Source: a virus (taxonomy: Duplodnaviria; Caudoviricetes). From it: a stretch of 34,553 nucleotides of DNA. Positions within the stretch are counted from its first letter, which is position 1. Each line of letters starts with the position of its first letter. Shown in pieces: positions 25,479 through 34,553 of this stretch. The notes under the pieces were generated by a model. It was not told the origin of the DNA. It searched no databases and saw only the letters and a list, made by a program, of their open reading frames with translations. Both the position numbers and the translations under genes were made by a program. The DNA lies in the IMG/VR virus record IMGVR_UViG_3300045999_000501, positions 1 to 34,553 of that record, one strand, 5' to 3'.

Positions 25479-25552
25479 ACTCCCCTAGCAATAGGGGGGT
25501 TTCTCAAGTCTATTCATGGTGAGTAGGCTTGACAAACCAAACTACTTTGGAG
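25479..25552 (+). promoter_or_regulatory. Structured intergenic RNA (three hairpins) after the capsid genes
   Basis: GCAA-tetraloop stem 25479-25500; 13-bp stem 25504-25532; ccaaa/tttgg stem 25537-25550 over the SD. Confidence 0.6.
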
Positions 25553-25558
25553 AATTAA

Positions 25559-26158
25559 ATGTCAGAAACAGGCGCATTAGCAGTAAGATTTTATAGTAAA
25601 GAACTACAAAACGATTTTCTAACCAATAAAGAAGGCAGACCAATTAGTTATATGGCTGACTTTGTTAGAATTGAAATACCAGGTAATCAACTAAGTATTA
25701 TTGATACCTTTGTGAATAGCTCACATAAATCACAATTCCCTACACAATGGGCAATTTATTTAAACGAAAAGGCAGATGGTAATAACAATCCTGATAACGT
25801 ACAAGGTACATTATTAAGAGATTGGCCTATCCTTAACGCAGCACAAGCTACAGAATTAAAACACTTTAAGTTCTACACAGTAGAACAAGTGGCAGCAGCT
25901 TCAGATCAGCAACTTATGTCTATCGGTATGACAGCAGGTATGTCACCACTAGCATTAAGAGATAAAGCTAAAGCGTTCTTAGAAAACGCTAAAGACTCAT
26001 CTTTTGCACAAAGACAGTCAGAAGAACTTAAATTAAGAGAGCAAGAGATTGCTGATCTTAAAGATCAAATGACTCGTTTAGCTAAGATGGTAGAAGAAAA
26101 ATCTAAGTCTGAAAAATCTGAAGCAAAATCAGAAACGAAAGAACCTAAAAAGGACTAA
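25559..26158 (+). CDS. Hypothetical protein, conserved post-capsid type
   Basis: V.FY, FV.IEIPG, GTLL..WP, TVEQVAA.SD motifs; C-terminal coiled coil. Confidence 0.65.
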   Translation: MSETGALAVRFYSKELQNDFLTNKEGRPISYMADFVRIEIPGNQLSIIDTFVNSSHKSQFPTQWAIYLNEKADGNNNPDNVQGTLLRDWPILNAAQATELKHFKFYTVEQVAAASDQQLMSIGMTAGMSPLALRDKAKAFLENAKDSSFAQRQSEELKLREQEIADLKDQMTRLAKMVEEKSKSEKSEAKSETKEPKKD

Positions 26159-26161
26159 CTA

Positions 26162-27064
26162 ATGGCATCAACTCTTTTACAGCTCGTACAACAAGCTACA
26201 GGTGAAATGGGATTAAATCAACCTACGCAAGTTGTGGGTAATACTTCATCTGATGTAATTCAGTTATATTCACTTATCAATAGTGTTGGGTACGAAGTTC
26301 AAAGAGATCATAATTGGGAAGCCTTAGATAAAGAGTATAGATTTTATACTGTTTATACAACACTTACTTGTACCCTTGTGGAAGATTCTGTCAATGTTAT
26401 AACAGCAGAGCCAACCACAGGGTTAAGTAATTTATATATTGTAACAGGTACAGGTATTAATCAAGATACTTATGTAAATACTGTTACAGGCACTAATTCG
26501 CTTACATTATCACAAGCAGCAACACAAACAGGTGTATTTACACTATATTTTTCACAAGCTAAATACCCATTACCTAGCGATTGGGATAGACAAGTAGATC
26601 GTACACATTACGACAAGTCTAAACGCTGGGAAATGTTAGGCCCTACAGATGCGCAACAATGGCAATTTTTAAAGTCTAGCTATATTTCAACAGGCCCTAG
26701 AATCCGTTACAGAATTTTAGGTGGATACTTCCAAATTTGGCCTGCTATGAATACAGATGAGTATTTAGGTTTTGAATACATGAGTAACCAATGGGCTACA
26801 AGTGCTACAGGAGTGACACAATCATCATTCTTAGCTGATACAGATACTTGTATATTCCCTGATCGTTTAATGGTTACAGCGTTGAAAAAGAAATACTTTG
26901 AGATTAAAGGTTTTGATTCAACAGCGTTTACAAGAGATTATTTACAACAACTAAATTTTGCTAAAGCTAACGATTCTGGCTCTGCTACATTAAGCTTTGC
27001 TCCTACACCAGGTGCAATATTAATAGGCTTTGAAAACATCCCTGACGCTAACTACGGACAATAG
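26162..27064 (+). CDS. Head-tail adaptor (tail tubular protein A-like)
   Basis: TLLQLVQ....E.GL, H.W..L, YPLPSDW, FQIWP, FEY.S motifs. Confidence 0.7.
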   Translation: MASTLLQLVQQATGEMGLNQPTQVVGNTSSDVIQLYSLINSVGYEVQRDHNWEALDKEYRFYTVYTTLTCTLVEDSVNVITAEPTTGLSNLYIVTGTGINQDTYVNTVTGTNSLTLSQAATQTGVFTLYFSQAKYPLPSDWDRQVDRTHYDKSKRWEMLGPTDAQQWQFLKSSYISTGPRIRYRILGGYFQIWPAMNTDEYLGFEYMSNQWATSATGVTQSSFLADTDTCIFPDRLMVTALKKKYFEIKGFDSTAFTRDYLQQLNFAKANDSGSATLSFAPTPGAILIGFENIPDANYGQ

Positions 27065-27066
27065 TC

Positions 27067-27447
27067 ATGGATAAATACAATTTAAAGCTAGCAAAGTTAT
27101 TAAAAAATGCAACACCAGAACAAGGTGGATTAAGCGTAGGTAATTATCCTAATCCTTATGGTTTAAGAGCATATGAAAATGATGATGGCACTTATGGTGG
27201 TCAAATGATGCCTAAAACTACAGGATGGAAAGGTGTTAATTACAACCCTAAAGGTCAAGCAGTAACAGAATTATCTATTGGAGATCAATTAGGTGATTTT
27301 CCATCTATTGTACCTACACTTAACGCAAATGAATTAAATCAGATTGTGCAATATGAAAATATAACACCTTCTGCAAGACAAAAAGCACAAGAATTTGCAA
27401 ACTTAAGAAGATCACAAGGATTAAGTCCATTTAAGGATTATAATTAA
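27067..27447 (+). CDS. Hypothetical protein inserted between adaptor and nozzle
   Basis: Tiles the operon; TELSI....PSIVPTL...A...A..R...GLSPF. Confidence 0.6.
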   Translation: MDKYNLKLAKLLKNATPEQGGLSVGNYPNPYGLRAYENDDGTYGGQMMPKTTGWKGVNYNPKGQAVTELSIGDQLGDFPSIVPTLNANELNQIVQYENITPSARQKAQEFANLRRSQGLSPFKDYN

Positions 27448-28979
27448 TGTTTCCAGTAAAAAAAAGATCATCAGGAAGCGTATCATTACCAGCACCAGTA
27501 GGTGGATGGAACGCAAGAGATAGCTTAGGAGATATGCCTGTAACGGATGCAGTTTATCTTACTAACTGGTTTCCTGCTCCTACAGAACTTATACTAAGAA
27601 ATGGTTATGCACAATGGGCTACAGGTATTACAGGCCAAGTAGACACCATTATGGCTTACGAAAGTGGTTCTACTTCTAGGCTATTAGCTATTGCTGGCGG
27701 TTCTGTATATAACGTTACTAATTCAGGAGCTGTAGGCTCACCTTTATTAACCGGCTTAACTAATTCACGTTGGCAATATTGTAATATCACCACATCTGGT
27801 GGTGCATTTTTATATATGGCTAATGGCACAAATACGCCTTATCTATATAACGGTAGCACATGGACAAGCATTACAGGTGCATCTACACCTTCTATTACAG
27901 GTGTTACTACTACATTACTTAATAACCCTGTTGTTTTTAAAAGCAGAGTATTTTTTACAGAAGCTCAATCTTTAAGAGCATGGTATTTACCTACATTATC
28001 AGTAGGTGGAGCTGCACAGTCTATAGATATTAGTGCATTTGCTTACAAAGGTGGTTATATTGTACAGCATGCAACATGGACAATAGATGCTGGTTATGGT
28101 GTCAATGATTACTATGTTCTTTACACATCTAAAGGCCAAGTCATTGTGTATGGTGGTACAGATCCTACATCAGCTTCAACATGGGCTATGGTAGGTGTAT
28201 GGGATTTAGGTACACCAGTAGGCACTCGTTGCATGTATAAATATGGTGGCGATTTACTACTATTATGTAAAGACGGTGTTACACCATTAGCATCAGAATT
28301 ACAATCATCTAGGCTTGATCCTAGAGTAGCTATTACAGATAAAATTCAAGCTGCTGTATCAGAAGCTATTACACTTTATGGTAATGAATTTGGATGGCAA
28401 ATGTTGTTTTATCCAGACGAAAACCAATTATGGTTAAACGTACCAAACTCTATAGAAAAAACACAGTTTGCTATGAATACCATTACAAAAAATTGGTGTA
28501 ATTACACAGGATGGAACGCTACATGTTGGGAATTGTTTAACGATCAACCCTATTTCGGTGGAAATGGTTATGTAGGTCGTGCATGGTATACACAATCAGA
28601 TAACGGATCTAATATTAACGCTACTGCATTACAATCATTTTCAGCGTTTGAAAGTCCAGGACAATTAAAACGATTTACAATGTCTAAACCTATATTTAGA
28701 ACATCTGGCAGCCCTGCTATTTATTCTAATATCAATATGGACTTTAATTTAGATGTACCTGTTACAACCCTTAATTTTACGCCCACATCATCTGGAACAT
28801 GGGATAATGCTAGATGGGATATAGGTGTTTGGGGTGGTGGTTTATCTATTCTACAACAATGGCAAGGTTTAAATGGTGTTGGCTATTATGGCGCACCTAT
28901 TGTACAAACATCTTCACAAGGTATTGACGTAAGATGGGTTTCTACAGATTTAGTTATTGAAAAGGGTGCAGTACTATAA
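27447..28979 (+). CDS. Tail nozzle / DNA-stabilisation protein (P22 gp10 / T7 gp12-like)
   Basis: PAPVGGWNARD, A..L.NWFP; beta-rich 510 aa; position after adaptor. Confidence 0.75.
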   Translation: MFPVKKRSSGSVSLPAPVGGWNARDSLGDMPVTDAVYLTNWFPAPTELILRNGYAQWATGITGQVDTIMAYESGSTSRLLAIAGGSVYNVTNSGAVGSPLLTGLTNSRWQYCNITTSGGAFLYMANGTNTPYLYNGSTWTSITGASTPSITGVTTTLLNNPVVFKSRVFFTEAQSLRAWYLPTLSVGGAAQSIDISAFAYKGGYIVQHATWTIDAGYGVNDYYVLYTSKGQVIVYGGTDPTSASTWAMVGVWDLGTPVGTRCMYKYGGDLLLLCKDGVTPLASELQSSRLDPRVAITDKIQAAVSEAITLYGNEFGWQMLFYPDENQLWLNVPNSIEKTQFAMNTITKNWCNYTGWNATCWELFNDQPYFGGNGYVGRAWYTQSDNGSNINATALQSFSAFESPGQLKRFTMSKPIFRTSGSPAIYSNINMDFNLDVPVTTLNFTPTSSGTWDNARWDIGVWGGGLSILQQWQGLNGVGYYGAPIVQTSSQGIDVRWVSTDLVIEKGAVL

Positions 28980-29392
28980 TAATTCAAGGTCAAGAAGTTG
29001 GCGAATGGGTATGTGAAAAGGCTGGTGGTCAATGGAACTCACTATGCCAAGCTATTGGTCAAGTAACTGACGGTGAATTAGTTATAGGTGTTCTTTACAA
29101 TGGTTATACAGGTAGTTCAATATCTATTCATTCAAGATGTGATATACCTGCAAAAGTATCAAGAGAATTTTATTGGGCGATATTTAATTACCCATTTAAT
29201 GTATTAAAAGTCAAACGCTTAACAGGATTAGTCTCTACAGCTAATTTAAAAGCACAAAAATTAGATGAACATTTAGGCTTTGAAAAAGAAGCTGTATTAA
29301 AAGATTACTTTCCTGATGGTGATGGGATTGTTTATATAATGCGACCAAAAAATTGTCGTTTTTTAAAACTCGGAGATAGATATGCAAAGTAA
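28976..29392 (+). CDS. GNAT-family acetyltransferase-like protein, 138 aa, ATA start (IIIQGQEVGEWVCEKAGG...); missed by ORF track
   Basis: IFNYPFNVLKVKRLTGLV...N.KA.KL.EHLGFEKEAVLKDYFPDGD (RimL-like GNAT); fills a 400-bp gap; no ATG/GTG/TTG near the 5' end. Confidence 0.85.
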   Translation: MIIQGQEVGEWVCEKAGGQWNSLCQAIGQVTDGELVIGVLYNGYTGSSISIHSRCDIPAKVSREFYWAIFNYPFNVLKVKRLTGLVSTANLKAQKLDEHLGFEKEAVLKDYFPDGDGIVYIMRPKNCRFLKLGDRYAK

Positions 29393-30287
29393 GTTAGCTA
29401 GATTGTTAGATCCACTTTATAGATGGATTACAAGTTACATGGATAGCTGTGGTTTTATCATGTACGGTCTTGGTAAAGATGATCCGCCACCACCACCAGA
29501 TTATGCTGGAGCAGCTAGAGAAACAGCAGCAGGTAATATAGATGCAGCTAGAGTAGCTACAGCAGCTAACCGAGTAAACCAAGTTACACCATTTGGAAAT
29601 CTTACTTATACACAAACTGGTGAAGATAAATATGGCAATCCTATGTGGACTGCTACACAAACATTATCTCCAGAGCAATTAGAAATTGCAAATAAACAAG
29701 CAGATTTATCATCAGGACTTTTAACTACAGCTAAAGAAGGATTAGATTACGCTAGTAATGTAATTGCTAAACCTGGTATAGATACGTCTAAATTACCATC
29801 TATAGGCATTAATCCTGGTGAAACATATTCTGACGCTATTATGCGCAGACTTGAACCACAAATCAAACAAGAAAAAAATCAATTTGATGCACAAATGGCT
29901 AATCAAGGTATTGCTCCAGGAACAGAAGCATATAACAATGCTAAACGTGATTTTGACCAAAGACAAAACGATAAATTAACATCAGCAGTAGTAGGTGGCA
30001 TGAATACAGGTCTTACAGCTAATCAACAAGGATTTTATCAAGCTGGTTACAATCAAATGCAACCAATCAATGTTATTAACGCTTTAAGAACTGGATCACA
30101 AGTACAAGCACCAAATTATATTAATCCAGCGTTACAATCTACGACAGCAGGCCCTGATTTATTAGGTGCTACTACTAATAGATACAATGCAGAAGTAGGT
30201 AATGTTAATGCTAGAAACGCTAATACAGCAAACTTTGTAAGTGGTCTTATGAACATGGGCGGTCAAATTTACGGAGCAAAAGGATAA
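29382..30287 (+). CDS. Ejection (DNA pilot / internal virion) protein
   Basis: GK..PPPPPDY...A..T, NRVNQ.TP.G; Q/N/A-rich; follows GNAT. Confidence 0.7.
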   Translation: MQSKLARLLDPLYRWITSYMDSCGFIMYGLGKDDPPPPPDYAGAARETAAGNIDAARVATAANRVNQVTPFGNLTYTQTGEDKYGNPMWTATQTLSPEQLEIANKQADLSSGLLTTAKEGLDYASNVIAKPGIDTSKLPSIGINPGETYSDAIMRRLEPQIKQEKNQFDAQMANQGIAPGTEAYNNAKRDFDQRQNDKLTSAVVGGMNTGLTANQQGFYQAGYNQMQPINVINALRTGSQVQAPNYINPALQSTTAGPDLLGATTNRYNAEVGNVNARNANTANFVSGLMNMGGQIYGAKG

Positions 30288-30290
30288 AAT

Positions 30291-31310
30291 ATGGCAATCA
30301 TGGATTTTTTACCGCAATTTAAAGATAACACTCAAGATGTTAGTGGCGTACCTGCTAATGACACAATGGCTCAACTTGAATTACAACGTAAACTTAAAAT
30401 GGCTCAGGCACTACAAGAAGGCAAAGTACCAGAAGGACAAATGATTAGTGGTCACTATGTAGCTCCATCATGGACACAATCTTTAGCTAATGCTTATGGT
30501 AAATATAGAGGTAGCAAAGCTGAACAAGAAGCTATTAAACAATATGGTGAGTATACAAAAACTAAAGAGCAAAAACAAGCTGACGCTTTAAGAGGTTTTG
30601 TAGAAGGTATGCAACCTAGAGCAACAACTACTATGCAAGATAATTTTGTTACTAAACCATTAGAACAAGGTATGAATGTTCCTACATCACCTTTTGGCAC
30701 AGTAGATGAAGTAGCTCAAATTGCACCTAAATTTGGTATGGACTCACCTGCACCACAAAATATGCAAGGTGAAATGACTATGAATCAACCTACACCAGCT
30801 ACAACATATACGCCAAGAACACAACAAGAGCTTATTAGTAATTTCTATAACTATGCTCAAAAATCTGGCAATCCTGATATGGCAAGCAAGTTTGCAATGG
30901 AACAATTTGGTCAAGCTATTAAACCAAAAGTTACTAAATTTATAGATGTTGGCGATAAACAAGTTGAAGTAGATGAAAATAATACTCCTACTGGTAGAGA
31001 ATTACCAAAAGGATTAAGTCCAAATGAAGCATATCAAAGAGATTTTGAAAGATTTAAATTTGAAAATCCTTCTGCTAGTGATCTTTTACGCAATAAAACT
31101 ACTTTAAGAGGACAAGATTTAGTAAATGCTAGGGACAAAGAAAAAAATGATCCTTATCATATATTTGGTAGCACAAGTCCTGCAAACATGAGCAAACAAA
31201 CAAAACAAATTAAATTAGATAATGGTTCTACAGTAAATGGAACATTAGATGTTAATTCTGGTAAATATTATGTCATACAAGATGGCAAGAAATTTTGGGT
31301 AGAGGAGTAA
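30291..31310 (+). CDS. Putative ejection/internal virion protein
   Basis: R..KMAQAL....P.GQMISGHYVAPSW; position. Confidence 0.6.
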   Translation: MAIMDFLPQFKDNTQDVSGVPANDTMAQLELQRKLKMAQALQEGKVPEGQMISGHYVAPSWTQSLANAYGKYRGSKAEQEAIKQYGEYTKTKEQKQADALRGFVEGMQPRATTTMQDNFVTKPLEQGMNVPTSPFGTVDEVAQIAPKFGMDSPAPQNMQGEMTMNQPTPATTYTPRTQQELISNFYNYAQKSGNPDMASKFAMEQFGQAIKPKVTKFIDVGDKQVEVDENNTPTGRELPKGLSPNEAYQRDFERFKFENPSASDLLRNKTTLRGQDLVNARDKEKNDPYHIFGSTSPANMSKQTKQIKLDNGSTVNGTLDVNSGKYYVIQDGKKFWVEE

Positions 31311-31313
31311 TAT

Positions 31314-32141
31314 ATGGCAACATTAGTTCCAGATTCAGGTCAATATGCAAACGTAACAAGAGATCAATTATCAGGTGATGAATTTTTAAATACATTACCA
31401 AAAAATGTTCAACCATTAATTAAAAAGTATGCTAATGGTGAATTGGCTTTAACTCCACAAATGACAAGAACTCCAGCAGGTGCATCATTATTGCAAGCAG
31501 TTACACAATATGATCCTACATTTGATGCTACAAACTTTCAAAAACGTCAGCAAACTGCTACAGCTTTTTCTAAGGGTAAGCAAGGAGATGCTATTCGTGC
31601 AGCTAATCAAACTTTATATCACATGGGCAATTTGTATCAAAGAACAGAAGATTTAAATAATTTAGATGTTTTACCTGGCGTATTAAATGCACCTATTAAT
31701 TATATTCAAGAAAAAGGATTCGGAGATCCACGTCAAGAAAGATATAGACAATCTGCTCAAGCTGTTGCATCTGAATTGCGTAAAGTATTTGCTGGATCAG
31801 GCGGTGGTAGTTTACAAGAATTAAAAGAATGGCAACAATCATTTAATCCAAATGCAGGAGAAGAACAACAAAAAGCATACATTCAGAATGGTGTTGATTT
31901 GTTAAGAGGTGCTTTACAATCATTAGAATCACAATATCAATCTGGCATGGGCTTAAATAAAAATATGGGTGATTTATTAACGCCTGAAGCTAGAAATGTA
32001 TATCAAAAATTAGAAGCAGGTGAAAATCCTAATGTTAAAAAAACAAAATCACAAAAACAAGGCGATATTTTAGCCCAACCTAAACAAATTAATAATGATG
32101 CTGAATATGACGCTTTAGTATCTAAATATTTAAAGAAATAG
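31314..32141 (+). CDS. Putative ejection/internal virion protein
   Basis: Helical Q-rich protein; position. Confidence 0.55.
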   Translation: MATLVPDSGQYANVTRDQLSGDEFLNTLPKNVQPLIKKYANGELALTPQMTRTPAGASLLQAVTQYDPTFDATNFQKRQQTATAFSKGKQGDAIRAANQTLYHMGNLYQRTEDLNNLDVLPGVLNAPINYIQEKGFGDPRQERYRQSAQAVASELRKVFAGSGGGSLQELKEWQQSFNPNAGEEQQKAYIQNGVDLLRGALQSLESQYQSGMGLNKNMGDLLTPEARNVYQKLEAGENPNVKKTKSQKQGDILAQPKQINNDAEYDALVSKYLKK

Positions 32142-32148
32142 GACAAAA

Positions 32149-33252
32149 ATGGCTTATAACTACGACCAAGTAATGGATGCTTTAAAAGAAGCAGACAAAG
32201 CTGGAAATATAGAAGATGCTACAAAATTAGCGGCTATAGCTAACTCTATGAAACAAGCCCCTACAGTTAGACCAGGATTTGATCCGCAAACTAATGCACC
32301 TTATGATCCTTCTATACCTACTAATATGACATTAGAGCAAGGTAGAAATGCTGCACCTTATGAACCTACTATAATGGAAAGAATTGGTAGTGCTTGGGAT
32401 GCAAGTAAGCTAGAAGGTTTAGCACCAGAAGTCATGCCTATTGGTGGACTTACTCGCACACCAATGGTGCAAAAAGGTAAAGCTGCTACAGAAGCATTAG
32501 CTAGTAATATTAAAAAAACAGAAACTGCTCAAAAATTAGCTTCTTTATTAAGTAAATCTGGTGATGTAATTAGCTCAGTTCCTAGTAAACTTTTAGCTTT
32601 TCAATCTGGCAAAAGCCCTGAAGCGTTTAATACTATTTACCAAGCATACAAACAAAACATTCCTGAATTAAAGCAAGCTATTGATGAAGCTACGCCACTA
32701 GGTAAAAAATTGTATAACGATATGGTATATAACTATACAAGAAAATTACAAGTGCCACATGATGTAGCAATTATGGCAGAAGATTATACTAAAGGACATC
32801 CACAAGGTTTAGGTGCTTGGGATTTATTAACACAGCATTACAAAGACTTGCCTACAGATATGCCAGCAGCAATAAAAAGAACATTGATGCCAGAATATAA
32901 GGCTTTTGATAAATTAAGTGATGCTGAAAAATTAAAACAAGCTACTCAAGCTGGTGTTGATACTTCTGTATGGAATCCAATAGCAGCAAGAACAGGCAAA
33001 GATGATCTTGCTAACATTGCGTTTAGTCTTGGTAAAAAAGCAATATTACCTAGCATATTTAATGTAACAGCACCATTATCATCTCCTAGAGTTGCTCGTA
33101 TGGCAACTATCTTAGCAGGCAAAGGTGCAAATGTTGCAGGTAAGATTGGTGATACAGCTACAAATTTAGTCAATATGTTGCCTGAAGCATCATTAGACGA
33201 TATTATTAATACAGCTATTTTAACGAATAAAGCAAACAAGGAGCAACAATAA
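32149..33252 (+). CDS. Putative ejection/internal virion protein
   Basis: AL..AD.AG..EDA.KLA N-terminus; A-rich helical; position. Confidence 0.55.
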   Translation: MAYNYDQVMDALKEADKAGNIEDATKLAAIANSMKQAPTVRPGFDPQTNAPYDPSIPTNMTLEQGRNAAPYEPTIMERIGSAWDASKLEGLAPEVMPIGGLTRTPMVQKGKAATEALASNIKKTETAQKLASLLSKSGDVISSVPSKLLAFQSGKSPEAFNTIYQAYKQNIPELKQAIDEATPLGKKLYNDMVYNYTRKLQVPHDVAIMAEDYTKGHPQGLGAWDLLTQHYKDLPTDMPAAIKRTLMPEYKAFDKLSDAEKLKQATQAGVDTSVWNPIAARTGKDDLANIAFSLGKKAILPSIFNVTAPLSSPRVARMATILAGKGANVAGKIGDTATNLVNMLPEASLDDIINTAILTNKANKEQQ

Positions 33253-34199
33253 TGGCAAGAAATGGCGCAGGAACGTATACCTTACCAGCAGGGAATCCAG
33301 TCACCACAGGAACAACCATATCATCTTCATGGGCTAACAATACCCTAAATGATATTGCATCATCATTAACAGCATCTATTGCTTATGATGGACAAACATC
33401 TCCTGTAGCTAACTTACCTATGGCTACTTATGCTCATACTAACGTTGGTAATGCTACAGTAAGAAACATGTATGCTTCAGCAGCACAAGTACAAGATAGT
33501 ACATTACAATATTTAACATCTGTATCTGGCACTAATACTATTGCTGCTACTGCTCCTATTTCTATGAGTGCTTTAGCTGCCGGACAAATATTTAGATTTA
33601 TTGCTGCTGCTACTAATACAGGTGGCGTAACTCTTAACATTAACTCTATTGGTGCTAGAGCTATTACTAAAAATGGTACAACACCACTTTCAGCTAATGA
33701 CATTTTAATTAATAGTGCAGTACAAGTACTTTATGATGGCACACAATTTCAATTATTAAATATTGCTGCTGTTATTCCGCCTGGTGTTATTACTATGTGG
33801 TCAGGCAGTATTGCTACTATTCCTAGTGGTTGGTTATTATGTAATGGCTCTAATGGCACTCCAGATTTAAGAAATAGATTTGTTATTGGCGCATTTCAAG
33901 ATACTGCTGGCGTAGCTTATACTACAATCACAGGTGCTGATACACAAACTGGCGGCACTAAAGATGCTATTGTAGTATCTCATACCCATACTGCAACAGT
34001 TACAGATCCAGGACATTTTCATACTGCTGCTGCTTTATCTGGTACTAATGTAAATGGCAATCCAGGCGCACAAGTAGGAAGTGGCAATACAGGCACAGCA
34101 ACAACAGGAATTTCTGTAGCCATCTCTACAACAGGATCAAGTGGCACTAATGCAAACTTAGTACCATATTTTGCACTTGCTTACATTATGAAGGCCTAA
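33252..34199 (+). CDS. Tail fibre/spike with tail-collar domain
   Basis: MARNG.GTY.LP.GNP anchor; IPSGWLLCNGSNGTPDLRNRF collar; HTH; PYFALAYIMK. Confidence 0.85.
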   Translation: MARNGAGTYTLPAGNPVTTGTTISSSWANNTLNDIASSLTASIAYDGQTSPVANLPMATYAHTNVGNATVRNMYASAAQVQDSTLQYLTSVSGTNTIAATAPISMSALAAGQIFRFIAAATNTGGVTLNINSIGARAITKNGTTPLSANDILINSAVQVLYDGTQFQLLNIAAVIPPGVITMWSGSIATIPSGWLLCNGSNGTPDLRNRFVIGAFQDTAGVAYTTITGADTQTGGTKDAIVVSHTHTATVTDPGHFHTAAALSGTNVNGNPGAQVGSGNTGTATTGISVAISTTGSSGTNANLVPYFALAYIMKA

Positions 34200-34201
34200 T
34201 A

Positions 34202-34408
34202 ATGAACGACATTAACCCTGTGTCTTATGGCAAACTTATAGGCAAAGTAGAATCTTTAGAACATAAAGTAGAAAGCCTTGAAAAAGATATTAAAGAGTTA
34301 TTAGAACTTGCTAATAAAGGTCGTGGTGGTATGTGGGCTGGTATGGTAATTGTATCAGCATTAGGTGGCTTTGTAGGCTATATCACTCACAACTTTTTAG
34401 GCAAATAA
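34202..34408 (+). CDS. Coiled-coil plus C-terminal TM protein (holin/XhlA-like)
   Basis: VESLEHKVESLEKDIKELL then hydrophobic GGMWAGMVIVSALGGFVGYI. Confidence 0.55.
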   Translation: MNDINPVSYGKLIGKVESLEHKVESLEKDIKELLELANKGRGGMWAGMVIVSALGGFVGYITHNFLGK

Positions 34409-34553
34409 ATGTGGATTACCGAAGATTCTATAGCAGCTTTATATACCGCATTTATACAAATAGAACCCTTCGCATCTATGCCATTTCCGCCTGCCAAACG
34501 TGTAGAATTTGTGGTATGTAATAACCCTGATCTATACGGTGAATACTCACCTG
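34409..34553 (+). CDS. SprT-like metalloprotease, 5' part (continues into 1-327)
   Basis: ATG immediately after the previous TAA; open through the terminal repeat. Confidence 0.7.
   Translation, partial: MWITEDSIAALYTAFIQIEPFASMPFPPAKRVEFVVCNNPDLYGEYSP
34427..34553. repeat. Terminal direct repeat, right copy
   Basis: Identical to 1-127. Confidence 0.95.

Noticed and set aside
34427-34553. 127-bp repeat as a biological terminal repeat
   Set aside because: Length equals a common assembler k-mer and it cuts through a gene; best read as circular overlap. True termini need read-end analysis
1-34553. tRNA, CRISPR array or alternative genetic code
   Set aside because: No cloverleaf or repeat-spacer pattern seen; genes tile densely under the standard code

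Overview
The window is an apparently complete, AT-rich tailed-phage genome of about 34,426 bp. Bases 1-127 repeat exactly at 34427-34553, most likely a circular-assembly overlap. Layout: a lysis cassette (SprT-like protease, holin, DUF5675 lysin); a leftward early block (annealing protein, YqaJ exonuclease, SSB, SleB-like hydrolase, DUF3310); a rightward lambdoid replication/nin block (O-like initiator with internal iterons, DnaB-like helicase, NinB, YbcO-like nuclease, N6-adenine methyltransferase, Q-like antiterminator with a pR'/tR'-like late switch); then a podovirus-type morphogenesis operon (TerS, TerL, portal, fibres, scaffold, capsid, adaptor, nozzle, GNAT, ejection proteins). I recognise no integrase, repressor, DNA polymerase or tRNA. 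The standout is a 23-aa gene missed by the ORF track (3725-3796, [23 protein letters not shown]): the PQQ precursor pqqA, with its own -10, RBS and 3' hairpin, antisense to its neighbours. It points to a methylotroph (Methylophilaceae-like) host. Other notable items are two likely genes with non-AUG starts (ATA, ATT), an ADP-ribosyltransferase-like protein that shares a short helix motif with the scaffold ends (possible capsid-loading signal), and structured RNA elements at late-gene ribosome-binding sites. All family calls are from motif recognition by eye, not database searches.
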